Positions 1 to 8,453 of a stretch of DNA of 36,095 bases are shown here, piece by piece. Position 1 is the first letter of the stretch; each line of letters opens with the position of its first letter. The stretch comes from Candidatus Azambacteria bacterium GW2011_GWA2_42_9. Its GTDB lineage: Bacteria > Patescibacteriota > Minisyncoccia > UBA10092. The stretch lies in the NCBI GenBank assembly GCA_000994805.1, contig LCEQ01000003.1, positions 1 through 36,095 of the forward strand, written 5' to 3'. The notes beneath the pieces were generated by a model that was not told the origin of the DNA, made no database searches, and saw only the letters and a list, made by a program, of their open reading frames with translations. Both the position numbers and the translations under genes were made by a program.

Positions 1-1
1 C

Positions 2-523
2 CTTGCCATCTTTTTTACTCGCGTCTTTTTTATTTGCTTTATACTGCTTATATTTATTATTGTTTCCCTTAAGATTAACAGAGCTTGGTCGGCGGAAAAA
101 CTGGTTCAAATTCAGGAAGATTATATTGCGATTATGGAACAGGCCGAAAATTGGCCGGTAATAGATGAAAGAAAAGACAAAAATTATGGAATCGTAAGAC
201 GATTTCATGAAGATCTTAATAAGCATAGAATTATGATGAGCATCTGGTTTCCCGATAATGGCAATGGTTATAAATTAGAATTATTTGCTAAAATTTTATT
301 TAAAATTAACAAACCTGAAGAGTCCAACAAATTCTTAGTTTCTAGAAATGCAATGCTAAAAACCGAAAATGGGAAATGGATAACTGGTGACTATATCAGG
401 AGCGAAGCCAAATACAACGGCAAGGAGTTAATCGCTTTCAGATTATTTAGTAATAAAGATGAAAACAATCCCATAATAATAAGGGTTTTTCTTTTAAAAG
501 ATTTGGTGCCGCTCAAAAAATAA
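2..523 (+). CDS. hypothetical membrane-anchored protein (5' partial, frame open to window edge)
   Basis: The frame of the 134..523 ORF stays open back to nt 2 and reads LAIFFTRVFFICFILLIFIIVSLKINRAW, a hydrophobic helix. No family recognised. The ATG at 134 is an alternative internal start. Confidence 0.5.
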   Translation, partial: LAIFFTRVFFICFILLIFIIVSLKINRAWSAEKLVQIQEDYIAIMEQAENWPVIDERKDKNYGIVRRFHEDLNKHRIMMSIWFPDNGNGYKLELFAKILFKINKPEESNKFLVSRNAMLKTENGKWITGDYIRSEAKYNGKELIAFRLFSNKDENNPIIIRVFLLKDLVPLKK

Positions 524-536
524 ATAAGAAAAATTC

Positions 537-562
537 AAAAAATCCCCTTGCGGGGATTTTAA
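537..562. terminator. bidirectional intrinsic terminator between convergent genes
   Basis: AAAAAATCCCC-TTGC-GGGGATTTT hairpin with an A-run on the left and a T-run on the right. It lies between the stop at 523 (+) and the topA stop at 617 (-). Confidence 0.7.
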
Positions 563-616
563 AATTGACCGCACAATATCTCTCGAGATACGTTATGCGG
601 ACAAAACAAAATTTGA

Positions 617-2608
617 TTATTCTTTTTGGTTCTCTTTTTTAACAACGGGGTTTTGCCAACTGGCCCAGTCGCACTTTGGCCAATTGGAACAGCCCCAAAA
701 AGTCCGGCCTTTTTTTGTCCGTCTTCTGACGATGCGGCCGGTTTCGCATTTCGAGCAGGGGCCGAGCTCTTCCTGCTCACCCCTTTCTTTCGGATCAAGC
801 GGCGCGGTGTACTTGCAGGCCGGAAATCCTGTGCAAGCATAAAATTTTCCGTAGCGGCTCATTCTTATTATTAAATCCTTTTCACATAGAGGACATTTTA
901 ATTCTGTTTTTTCGATGGCAATTTTTTCTTTACTCAACTCTTCCGATTTTTTATCAAGATTTTCTTTAAATGGCACCCAAAATTCTTTTATTACCGGCTG
1001 CCATTTCTTTTTCCCATCGGCAATGTCATCAAGGTCTTCTTCCATCCGGGCCGTAAACTCTATGTCAACGACTTTCGGAAAATGCTTAACCAATAAATCA
1101 TTAACCAAAATTCCGATATCGGTCGGTCTCAGCCGTTTCTGTTCGTCTTTTAAAACATAGCGCCGCGCCTGAATGGTCGCCATTGTCGGCGCGTAAGTGG
1201 AGGGCCGGCCGATGCCGTGTTCCTCAAGCGCTTTGATTAAACTGGCTTCGTTATATCTCGCCGGCGGTTCGGTAAAATGCTGTTCCGATTTTAATTCTTT
1301 AAGTTTCAGTTCTTCATTTTCTAGAAGCTCTGGCAATTCCGTTTCGGCGGTTTTCATCGGATAAACTTTAAGGAAGCCATCAAATTTTAAAACATTGCCG
1401 GTCGCCCGGAAGATGTAATTTTCTTTGGATTTACCCTCTGTGGAAATATCGGCAGCAGTTGCTTCAAAAATGGCCGTTGGCATTTGAGTGGCTAAAAATC
1501 TTCTCCAGATTAAATCATAAAGCTTAAATTGTTGAGGCGTCAGTTTGTCTTTCAAAGAATCTGGATTTCTGTCAGGCTCGGTTGGACGAACGGCTTCGTG
1601 CGCTTCTTGGGCCGATTTTGATTTGGTTTTAAAAATTCTGGGGTTTGCTAAAAGATATTTTTTGCCAAATATTTTTTCTATTTCTTTAAAAGCGGCTGCG
1701 ATGGATTCTCCCGAAAGATTAAACGAATCGGTTCTCATGTAAGTGATAAAGCCGGTTTCATATAACTGTTGGGCGATTACCATCGTCTGTTTGGCGCCGA
1801 AGCCGAATTTTGAGAAAGCCGTTTGCTGAAGCGTTGAAGTGGTAAACGGCGCGAGCGGCTGTCGGCGCATTTCTTTTTTAATAATACTTTCCACATTCCA
1901 ATCAGAATTTTTTAAGTCAGCGACTATCTTCTGCGCCTCCGCATCTGTCATGATGGAAAATTTTTCAAGTTTGTCTTTCCCGATTTTTATAAGCTGGGCG
2001 GAGAACTCAAAAGTATTTTTTAAGAATTTGGCTAAAATTGTATGAAATTCTTCCGGCTTGAAACTTAAAACCTCTCTTTCGCGCTCGACAACAAGGCGGA
2101 CGGCGACCGATTGCACCCGGCCGGCCGAAAGTCCGCGGGCGACTTTTTTCCATAAGAAAGGGGAGAGTTTATAACCAACCAGACGATCAAGAATCCGCCG
2201 TGCCTGCTGGGCGTCTACAAGGCGCATGTCAATTTCTCGGGGCGCGGCTAAAGCCGCTTCAATTGCCGACTTGGTGATTTCGTGGAAAACAATTCTTTCA
2301 TAAGGCTTTTTTTCTAGGCCGAGAGCATTGATAAGATGCCAAGAAATTGCTTCGCCTTCGCGATCCGTATCAGTTGCCAGTATCACTTTTTCCGATTTTT
2401 TTGCCGCGGATTTTAATTCGGCGACTCTTTTTTTGGCTTTTGGCAAAATTACATATTGGGGTTCAAAATTTTTTTCTGTGTCAACGCCTAATTTTTTTTC
2501 CGGCAAATCGCGCACGTGCCCATACGACGATTCAACTTTAAAACCGCTCCCAAGAAATTGGGAGATAGTTTTAGCTTTTGTTGGAGATTCTACTATTACT
2601 AATTTCAT
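617..2608 (-). CDS. topA: DNA topoisomerase I
   Basis: 663 aa. TOPRIM N-terminus MKLVIVESPTKAKTI, acidic motif DTDREGE, active-site region ITYMRTDS, and two C-terminal Cys4 zinc ribbons (CPLC..C..C and CSKC..C..C). Confidence 0.97.
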   Translation of the reverse strand: MKLVIVESPTKAKTISQFLGSGFKVESSYGHVRDLPEKKLGVDTEKNFEPQYVILPKAKKRVAELKSAAKKSEKVILATDTDREGEAISWHLINALGLEKKPYERIVFHEITKSAIEAALAAPREIDMRLVDAQQARRILDRLVGYKLSPFLWKKVARGLSAGRVQSVAVRLVVEREREVLSFKPEEFHTILAKFLKNTFEFSAQLIKIGKDKLEKFSIMTDAEAQKIVADLKNSDWNVESIIKKEMRRQPLAPFTTSTLQQTAFSKFGFGAKQTMVIAQQLYETGFITYMRTDSFNLSGESIAAAFKEIEKIFGKKYLLANPRIFKTKSKSAQEAHEAVRPTEPDRNPDSLKDKLTPQQFKLYDLIWRRFLATQMPTAIFEATAADISTEGKSKENYIFRATGNVLKFDGFLKVYPMKTAETELPELLENEELKLKELKSEQHFTEPPARYNEASLIKALEEHGIGRPSTYAPTMATIQARRYVLKDEQKRLRPTDIGILVNDLLVKHFPKVVDIEFTARMEEDLDDIADGKKKWQPVIKEFWVPFKENLDKKSEELSKEKIAIEKTELKCPLCEKDLIIRMSRYGKFYACTGFPACKYTAPLDPKERGEQEELGPCSKCETGRIVRRRTKKGRTFWGCSNWPKCDWASWQNPVVKKENQKE

Positions 2609-3489
2609 TTGATTACGGTGAATTTTCCGCCGATGTTTTTTATTATACCGTGAATTTCCAGTATTGAAATTGTTGATAATATCTGATTCACCGGCATTTT
2701 GGTAATTTCTGAAATTTTATCAGCGTGAAGCGGCTCTGTTTCAATTGTTTTTAAAATCAGCGCTTCTTCTTTGCTCAAGTCGTTTTTTTCGCCAGGGGTG
2801 GACATTGCTTCGGGTTTTAAGTTCGTTAAATTTAATTCTTCAAGGATATCCTCAACCGAGGAAACCAATTTGGCGCCGTTTTTTATCAAATTATTGGCGC
2901 CTATGGAATTTTTTGCAAAAATCGATCCGGGAACGGCGAAAACCTCCCGGTTTTGTTCTAAAGCGATGCGCGCGGTAATAAGAGCGCCGGATTTTTCCGG
3001 CGCTTCAACAACTAAAACGCCACGCGAGAGGCCGGCGATAATCCGGTTTCGTTCGGGAAAAAACCAAATTTCCGATTTAGTCCCCGGTCCGTATTCGCTT
3101 ATCACCGCTCCGCCGGAATTTATTATTTTATTGACCAGTTTTAAATTTTCAGAAGGGTAAATGGAAGCATCGTCTATAGCCGAACCCAAAACGGCCACGG
3201 TTTTTCCTTTTCCTTCAAGCGCTCCCAAGTGGGCTCGGGTGTCTATGCCGACGGCTAAGCCGCTAATGATATTAAATCCCAATTCCGACAATTCTTTGGC
3301 AATTTTAAAAGCCAAGGTCTTGCCGTAATCCGAAGCGCTTCTGGTGCCGACAATCGCGAAATTCAAGTCGTGATTTTTCGGCAACTGCCCCCGGACATAC
3401 AATTGCTTCGGAGCATTGTGAATCTCTTTAAGAACTCTCGGATAATCCAGCGAAGATTTTTTTATAATTTTGATTTTTTCATCTGACAT
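2605..3489 (-). CDS. dprA: DNA processing protein DprA (Smf)
   Basis: 294 aa. Motifs VGTRSAS, GLAVGIDTRAH and PERNRIIAGLS, plus a C-terminal wHTH-like tail. It has a 4-nt overlap with the topA start, which is the classic dprA-topA synteny. Confidence 0.93.
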   Translation of the reverse strand: MSDEKIKIIKKSSLDYPRVLKEIHNAPKQLYVRGQLPKNHDLNFAIVGTRSASDYGKTLAFKIAKELSELGFNIISGLAVGIDTRAHLGALEGKGKTVAVLGSAIDDASIYPSENLKLVNKIINSGGAVISEYGPGTKSEIWFFPERNRIIAGLSRGVLVVEAPEKSGALITARIALEQNREVFAVPGSIFAKNSIGANNLIKNGAKLVSSVEDILEELNLTNLKPEAMSTPGEKNDLSKEEALILKTIETEPLHADKISEITKMPVNQILSTISILEIHGIIKNIGGKFTVIK

Positions 3490-3598
3490 AATTTAAAGAC
3501 TATACAGAATTCATTTGATTTTGACAAATATGTTAATATATTATAGTGTTTTACAACAAAAGAAAGAGTTGTTTTAAAACTTAAAAAGGGGATGTAAA

Positions 3599-4705
3599 AT
3601 GTGGCGCAGAAATAAACTTTTGTGTAGTTTATTGATAATCTTATTTTTGTCGATTTTTACATATTTGATTTATAATTTTGGATTTTATAGATTAATTCCT
3701 AAAGAAAAATCATCTTATGAACTTTATGAAGACGCATTAAAATATACTTTTTTCATTATTTCAGAAGATTTGGAAGAAATTCTTGGAAATAAATCGAAAC
3801 CGGGCGGTATCGGCGTGGGAAGTGGGTTTGTCATTAAAAAGGCTGACGAATATTACCTAGTAACTGCAAATCACGTTGTTGAAAAAAAGAATTTATTTTA
3901 TATTTCGTTTAATAATGAAAAAAAGATTTATAGGGTTAAAAAATTAGGATGGGATCAAAGATTTGACTTAGCGGTTTTGAAATTTGACGAAGACGTTAAA
4001 TGGTCGCATTCCGCCGTTCTCGGTAAGGGTTTGGAAAAAGTCGGCGATAAAGTTTATGTATTGGGCAATCCTTTGGGGCTCAAGTTTTTTTGGCTCAATG
4101 GTAATTTAATTAAAACAAAGGTTTATATTCTGGGTCTCACAACTGGTTTTTTGGCGACGGATGCCATTTGTAATCCGGGTAATTCAGGCGGCCCGATTAT
4201 TAATAGCAGAGGAGAAGTTATTGGAATAGTAGATTTAATCACCACCAGTTCAAATCCAATCTGTATGGCGATTCCTGTTGAAATTTTAAATAAATTATTG
4301 TTTCCATTAAGTGTTGGAGAGGTAGAACATGGTTTTATGGGATTCGGTATAGTTAATTCCTGGCAACTTACTCCTGAAATGAGGAAAAAAATAGAATTAG
4401 GAGAAAGAATAATAGAAGATGGAGTTATTGTGGTTAATGTTATGCCGGGTTCTCCGGCATATGGAAATCTTAAAAAAGGAGACCTGCTTTTAAGTTACGG
4501 GCCCGGCCCAGAAAATCCCAACATTATTATTAAAGACGCCAATGAATTTTTGGAAGAGCTGAATACATCGTTTTTTCTTGGAGATGAGATTGCCATTAAA
4601 TTCCGCCGCGGTAAAGACCATCTGGTGAAAAAATTAAAATTAGTTAACTCCTCAACTTTTATAAGACCAGAAGTGTCGAAAAAAATTCCCTTTCCGATTC
4701 CGTAA
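3599..4705 (+). CDS. membrane-anchored trypsin-like serine protease with C-terminal PDZ (HtrA/DegP-like, S1C)
   Basis: N-terminal TM helix (LLCSLLIILFLSIFTYLIY). Triad context TANHVV / DLAVLKF / GNSGGPIIN. The C-terminal PDZ-like segment contains GSPAYGNLKKGDLLL. Confidence 0.85.
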   Translation: MWRRNKLLCSLLIILFLSIFTYLIYNFGFYRLIPKEKSSYELYEDALKYTFFIISEDLEEILGNKSKPGGIGVGSGFVIKKADEYYLVTANHVVEKKNLFYISFNNEKKIYRVKKLGWDQRFDLAVLKFDEDVKWSHSAVLGKGLEKVGDKVYVLGNPLGLKFFWLNGNLIKTKVYILGLTTGFLATDAICNPGNSGGPIINSRGEVIGIVDLITTSSNPICMAIPVEILNKLLFPLSVGEVEHGFMGFGIVNSWQLTPEMRKKIELGERIIEDGVIVVNVMPGSPAYGNLKKGDLLLSYGPGPENPNIIIKDANEFLEELNTSFFLGDEIAIKFRRGKDHLVKKLKLVNSSTFIRPEVSKKIPFPIP

Positions 4706-4708
4706 ATT

Positions 4709-4728
4709 GCCCCATATGGGGTTTTTTA
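4709..4728 (+). terminator. weak intrinsic terminator
   Basis: GCCCC-ATAT-GGGG followed by TTTTTTATTTT, immediately after the stop at 4705. The stem is short. Confidence 0.5.
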
Positions 4729-4744
4729 TTTTCTAACCCCGTTC

Positions 4745-4773
4745 TTGACGCACTCTGGGTTTTTTGTTAGGGT
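4745..4773 (+). promoter_or_regulatory. putative sigma70-like promoter (TTGACG-17-TAGGGT)
   Basis: TTGACG at 4745-4750, a 17-nt spacer, and TAGGGT at 4768-4773. The decamer GTTAGGGTAG also occurs in the promoter-like site at 19129-19138. Confidence 0.4.
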
Positions 4774-4820
4774 AGGCTCAATTTAAGTACGTTGATAATT
4801 CAATAAATGGGGGATTGGCT

Positions 4821-5510
4821 ATGAGTATTCCGGCAAAGTATAGCAATACCAATTTTGTAATGTTTTTACGCGCTCTTATCTTTAATGCCGTTTGTATTAT
4901 ATTAGTGGTTTGGATATATCAAGGAGGACACATAGATACCATTTTGAAATTTGACGTCCTCTATATTTCACGAATTATTTCCGGACTTGGGATTTTGGGT
5001 CTATGTACAATAATTATTCGAATTTTTCAAATTTCTCGCGAGCTCAATATAGTAAAGAAATACCGCGAATTAATAGATTCTGGCAGCAATAAAAAAAATG
5101 CCGACGAATGGCTCCAGTCTACAAATTCGCGCGTGTCCGAATTTATTCGGAACTACCAAAGAGTGCTTCCGGAGGACAAATCAGTGTTTGTAGGAAATTT
5201 TCAAATGACCATTGCCAGCAAATTATCCATTTTTGGTTCAACGACAGATTGGCTTACGACCTTGGGTTTGTTGGGTACTGTTATCGGCTTTCGAATAGCT
5301 CTTGAGGTGATGACCGGTCTTAAGGACATTGGCCTATTGGCGACATTCGTGCAAAACATATCCGGCGGCTTAATGATTGCCATTGACACAACTATTGTTG
5401 GAATATGTGCGGCATTATGGCTGGATGTAAATTTAAAATGGATTCTCCGTCCCGGTGCGGTGCAACTGGTGAGTGAGGCGGTTAACACAGGAGTTCTATA
5501 TCATGAATGA
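4821..5510 (+). CDS. MotA/TolQ/ExbB-family proton channel-like membrane protein
   Basis: Four predicted TM helices in a 2 + cytoplasmic loop + 2 layout. Signature LTTLGLLGTVIGF in TM3 and GGLMIAIDTTIVGICAAL in TM4. GGGGGA lies 6-7 nt before the ATG at 4821. The ORF track starts at TTG 4815. Confidence 0.7.
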   Translation: MSIPAKYSNTNFVMFLRALIFNAVCIILVVWIYQGGHIDTILKFDVLYISRIISGLGILGLCTIIIRIFQISRELNIVKKYRELIDSGSNKKNADEWLQSTNSRVSEFIRNYQRVLPEDKSVFVGNFQMTIASKLSIFGSTTDWLTTLGLLGTVIGFRIALEVMTGLKDIGLLATFVQNISGGLMIAIDTTIVGICAALWLDVNLKWILRPGAVQLVSEAVNTGVLYHE

Positions 5511-6105
5511 TTTCGAGTCCAACAATAATCTATCTGATACACCTATGCGCGATGTTGGTTGGAATATAGCCATTACATTTATTGTACTTTTTTTCTTGGC
5601 TACTTTAGTTTCGCAAATACCTAAAAAGAAAGAAGAAAATCAAATAAAGATATGGGGCGATATTATGATCACAATTGAGTGGCCGGATAAAAAAGACATT
5701 GATGTTGACTTGTGGGCAAAATCCCCAGATGATCCTTTACCTGTGGGATATTCAAGAACGAGGGGGTCAACCCTTGCTCTTCTTAAGGATATTACTGGGC
5801 TTAATAATAATCCCACGGGCAGAATGCGCGAAGTAATATTTGGCGATGGTACTCCCGATGGCAGATATACCGTGAATGTACATCTTTATCGAAACGCTTC
5901 TTCGCTTACCAATGTGCCGGTTGACGCAAAAATCTTTATGGTTGACGGCAGTAATGTAGTAAAAATCGTTAAAAAAAGAGTTTTTCTGAAAAACGTCAGA
6001 GACGAAATTACTATAGCAAATTTTAATTTAAAAGGCGGAAAACTTTTAGGAAAACCGGATGATAAATATGTTCCGCTTCGCGTTGTTACAGGGGGCGGGC
6101 CATGA
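5503..6105 (+). CDS. single-pass membrane protein, stator-partner-like (Asp at TM entry) with beta-sandwich-like ectodomain
   Basis: ATGAATGA overlap with the upstream stop indicates translational coupling. N-terminus MRDVGWNIAITFIVLFFLATLV places an Asp at the cytoplasmic end of the TM, as in MotB/ExbD/TolR. The ectodomain pattern DIDVDLWAKSPDD...VGY...D.TG...DGRYTVNVHLY resembles DUF2135/YfaP-type domains, from memory. Confidence 0.5.
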   Translation: MNDFESNNNLSDTPMRDVGWNIAITFIVLFFLATLVSQIPKKKEENQIKIWGDIMITIEWPDKKDIDVDLWAKSPDDPLPVGYSRTRGSTLALLKDITGLNNNPTGRMREVIFGDGTPDGRYTVNVHLYRNASSLTNVPVDAKIFMVDGSNVVKIVKKRVFLKNVRDEITIANFNLKGGKLLGKPDDKYVPLRVVTGGGP

Positions 6106-6728
6106 GTAATTATATGGACGCAAGCTTCTATCTTGTGAATATTAATCCATACTTTCTAGCCGCTTTGGCAATTGCTTTCATTTTGGGGATTGTTTCTATC
6201 TGGTCGAATCACTCCCTAATTTTCAAATTAACCGCATTAATAACAATTGGCGTCATGGTCTGGTTTACATTAAACGCTTTTAATAAAACGAACGATAAAA
6301 TAAATTATGTTATTAAAGAAACGAATGCCAAAATAAAGTATTTGGAAAAAAGTCTTTTGTCAAAACCAAAAATCGTCACGTACGAAGAATTACAAGGCAT
6401 GATCCCGGAAGGACACCCGGGACACCTGGTGCTTTATGGCGAGGCCGCCGAGGAAGGAATCTATTTACTTCTTCGTAGTCCGGGTATTTCTGAACCCCGT
6501 TATTATTTGATGGGGGCCAGTGATAAATTGAAAGAACAATTCAAAGATGCGGAATTTAATGCTCAAAAGAAGCAGACACAACTTTTCTTGGGCGGCAAAA
6601 TCAAGGGCGAAAAAAATAAAGAACAAAGAGAAGGGATTAACGGACAAGGAACGCAAAAAAGCGAAGGCGGGCTGGGCGTTTTTCATCCGGCCCCCGTTAC
6701 AGGAGATGGTCCATCAAAACCCCGATAA
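6102..6728 (+). CDS. hypothetical 2-TM membrane protein with Lys/Gly-rich C-terminal tail
   Basis: 4-nt ATGA overlap with the upstream gene. Two N-terminal hydrophobic helices. No family recognised. Confidence 0.6.
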   Translation: MSNYMDASFYLVNINPYFLAALAIAFILGIVSIWSNHSLIFKLTALITIGVMVWFTLNAFNKTNDKINYVIKETNAKIKYLEKSLLSKPKIVTYEELQGMIPEGHPGHLVLYGEAAEEGIYLLLRSPGISEPRYYLMGASDKLKEQFKDAEFNAQKKQTQLFLGGKIKGEKNKEQREGINGQGTQKSEGGLGVFHPAPVTGDGPSKPR

Positions 6729-6737
6729 AGGGGTTTT
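6717..6737 (+). terminator. weak hairpin terminator overlapping stop codon
   Basis: AAACCCC-GATAAA-GGGGTTTT. The stop codon TAA sits in the loop. Confidence 0.4.
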
Positions 6738-6746
6738 AAATTTGGT

Positions 6747-6776
6747 TTGACACAAGATCGGTTTTTAATTTAGTCT
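6747..6776 (+). promoter_or_regulatory. putative promoter (TTGACA-18-TAGTCT)
   Basis: Consensus -35 TTGACA at 6747-6752, with TAGTCT at 6771-6776. A GGAGG RBS precedes the ATG at 6831. Confidence 0.4.
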
Positions 6777-6830
6777 ATATAAGAATAAGCTATTAATAAG
6801 CTGTTTGAAAATTTAACGGAGGTAACGGAA

Positions 6831-7916
6831 ATGAAAATAAAAGAGAATCGGTCGCTTTTTCTCTTGATTTTATTACTGCTTGTGACTTTAACCATGCTTA
6901 CGACCGCCCGGCAGATTCTCAAAACCGAAAAATATGCCGAGTCGGTTGAGGAGGCGGTGGATATTGTTTCTAAACAAAGCGACTCGCGATTTGTGGAGCT
7001 GGTTGAAGTGCAAAATCTTCATTTTCAACAAATTATCGATTTGCAAAAAAAGGTGGATACTCTCCAATCCGGATTGAAAAAAGAGAAAAAAGAACGCGAC
7101 CAAACAAATCGACTATTGGGCATTGACGGTAAGTATGACAAAAACAACGTTTTGATTAAGCAAAAAGATCTAGACACTTTTTTGAATTACAAAACGGATG
7201 CCGTCTCGCTCGTTGTTTTCAACGTCAAGTCGGAAAAGTATGAAAATAACATTGTTGGTCCTCCAGTTACAGCGCCGGCGATTATTATCGGCAAATACGT
7301 ATTAATATCGTCACACACAAATGACCCGGAAGTGTTAAAAGAAATGTTTTTATCTAATTTTCCAGAGTCGGTAAAAGTTGAAATCTTTAAACACAATGTG
7401 GTTATGGTTATTAATGATAAGCCAGTGGAATTGAAAGAAATTTATAGGAACAGAGAAAAAGATTTCAGCTTATTTGAGATTCCGGCGGAAGCGGTCGAAA
7501 AAGTGAAAACTGTTTCAAACTTCCCATTTGAAATGGGCAGGAGCGGCGAATTAAAAATAGGCAATTTTATTTTTATGAATGGCCGACCTGGAGGCGAGTA
7601 CGAAATCGCCCGTTCTGGACACGTTACAACTCTTTCAATTCTTTATAGAGACGAAAATAACAATGGTGAATATAAAAAAGATGATAACAGTTTTGGGATT
7701 TCCGAAATTGTGTTGCCGGGAGATTCCGGGTCGCCCATCGTCGCTTTTCGGGACGGCAAGCCGGAACTTGTCGGAATTACTTTGGGATACATTGATGGGA
7801 GAGGAAAGGGCATTGTTCGTTCCTACGCTTTAAAAATAGACGTTGCGACCGATGAAATAAAAGAAAAACTTGGGATTGATTTGCGCGAAATTCAACGCAA
7901 GATTTTGAAGAAGTAA
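6831..7916 (+). CDS. membrane-anchored trypsin-like serine protease with coiled-coil stalk
   Basis: N-terminal TM (LFLLILLLLVTLTMLT). Heptad-like segment QQIIDLQKKVDTLQSGLKKEKKERD. Catalytic contexts VLISSHT / DFSLFEIP / LPGDSGSPIV. Strong RBS GGAGG. Confidence 0.8.
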   Translation: MKIKENRSLFLLILLLLVTLTMLTTARQILKTEKYAESVEEAVDIVSKQSDSRFVELVEVQNLHFQQIIDLQKKVDTLQSGLKKEKKERDQTNRLLGIDGKYDKNNVLIKQKDLDTFLNYKTDAVSLVVFNVKSEKYENNIVGPPVTAPAIIIGKYVLISSHTNDPEVLKEMFLSNFPESVKVEIFKHNVVMVINDKPVELKEIYRNREKDFSLFEIPAEAVEKVKTVSNFPFEMGRSGELKIGNFIFMNGRPGGEYEIARSGHVTTLSILYRDENNNGEYKKDDNSFGISEIVLPGDSGSPIVAFRDGKPELVGITLGYIDGRGKGIVRSYALKIDVATDEIKEKLGIDLREIQRKILKK

Positions 7917-7921
7917 TTTTA

Positions 7922-8428
7922 TCAATAACTAAGAGCCGTTTCCAATTCGGAGACGGCTTTTTTAATAGTTTTATCTAAAACATTTAATTCTGTGGGCGTG
8001 AATTTTTTTAATATAATTTTATCTGCTTTTATTTTTGTATTTTGTATTTTGTATTTTGTATTTTGTATTGGATGAATACCAATCCTTAGCCGCCAGAAAT
8101 TTTTGGTTTTGAGAGTTTTAATAATTGATTCAACTCCTTTATGACCCGCTGAAGAGCGGCCGAAAGAAAATTTAAATTTTCCCCATGAAATGTCAATGTC
8201 GTCGTGGACTACCAAAACATTTTCGGGTTTTATTTTGTGAGATTTTATCAAAGCCAAAACGGCCGTCCCCGATTTATTCATAAATGTTTGAGTTTTGGCT
8301 AAAATAATTTTTTTATTTTTTAAATTGCTCTCTAAAATATCAATGAATAAAAAGCCGACGTTGTGCCTGGTGCGCTCATATTCTTTGCCGGGATTGCCCA
8401 AACCGACGATTAATTTGATTTTATCCAT
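7922..8428 (-). CDS. pth: peptidyl-tRNA hydrolase
   Basis: MDKIKLIVGLGNPGKEYERTRHNVGF is the canonical Pth N-terminus, and HDDIDI and GHKG are also present. I prefer the ATG at 8428 to the ORF-track start at 8455. Confidence 0.93.
   Translation of the reverse strand: MDKIKLIVGLGNPGKEYERTRHNVGFLFIDILESNLKNKKIILAKTQTFMNKSGTAVLALIKSHKIKPENVLVVHDDIDISWGKFKFSFGRSSAGHKGVESIIKTLKTKNFWRLRIGIHPIQNTKYKIQNTKIKADKIILKKFTPTELNVLDKTIKKAVSELETALSY
7934..7963 (+). terminator. intrinsic terminator embedded in the 3' end of the convergent pth gene
   Basis: AGCCGTTTCC-AATTC-GGAGACGGCT (10-bp stem) followed by TTTTTT. Confidence 0.7.
8032..8069. repeat. 7-bp microsatellite, about 5.3 units of GTATTTT (AATACAA on the coding strand), inside pth
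   Basis: Direct reading gives tttt gtatttt gtatttt gtatttt gtatttt gtatt. It encodes IQNTKYKIQNTKIK between the conserved RIGI(G)HP segment and the VLxKF-like segment. Confidence 0.95.
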
Positions 8429-8453
8429 TTTATAATGTAAAATAACATAAAAC

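Noticed and set aside
559-874. ORFs 559..840 (-) and 626..874 (+) at the topA 3' end
   Set aside because: They are alternative frames of the topA zinc-ribbon region, and topA explains the sequence.
4821-6105. Calling the MotA/MotB-like pair a Zorya (ZorAB) defence system
   Set aside because: Gene 1 is only ~230 aa and lacks the long ZorA C-terminal tail. Gene 2 has no recognisable PG-binding domain. No ZorC/D/E-like nuclease or helicase genes are adjacent.
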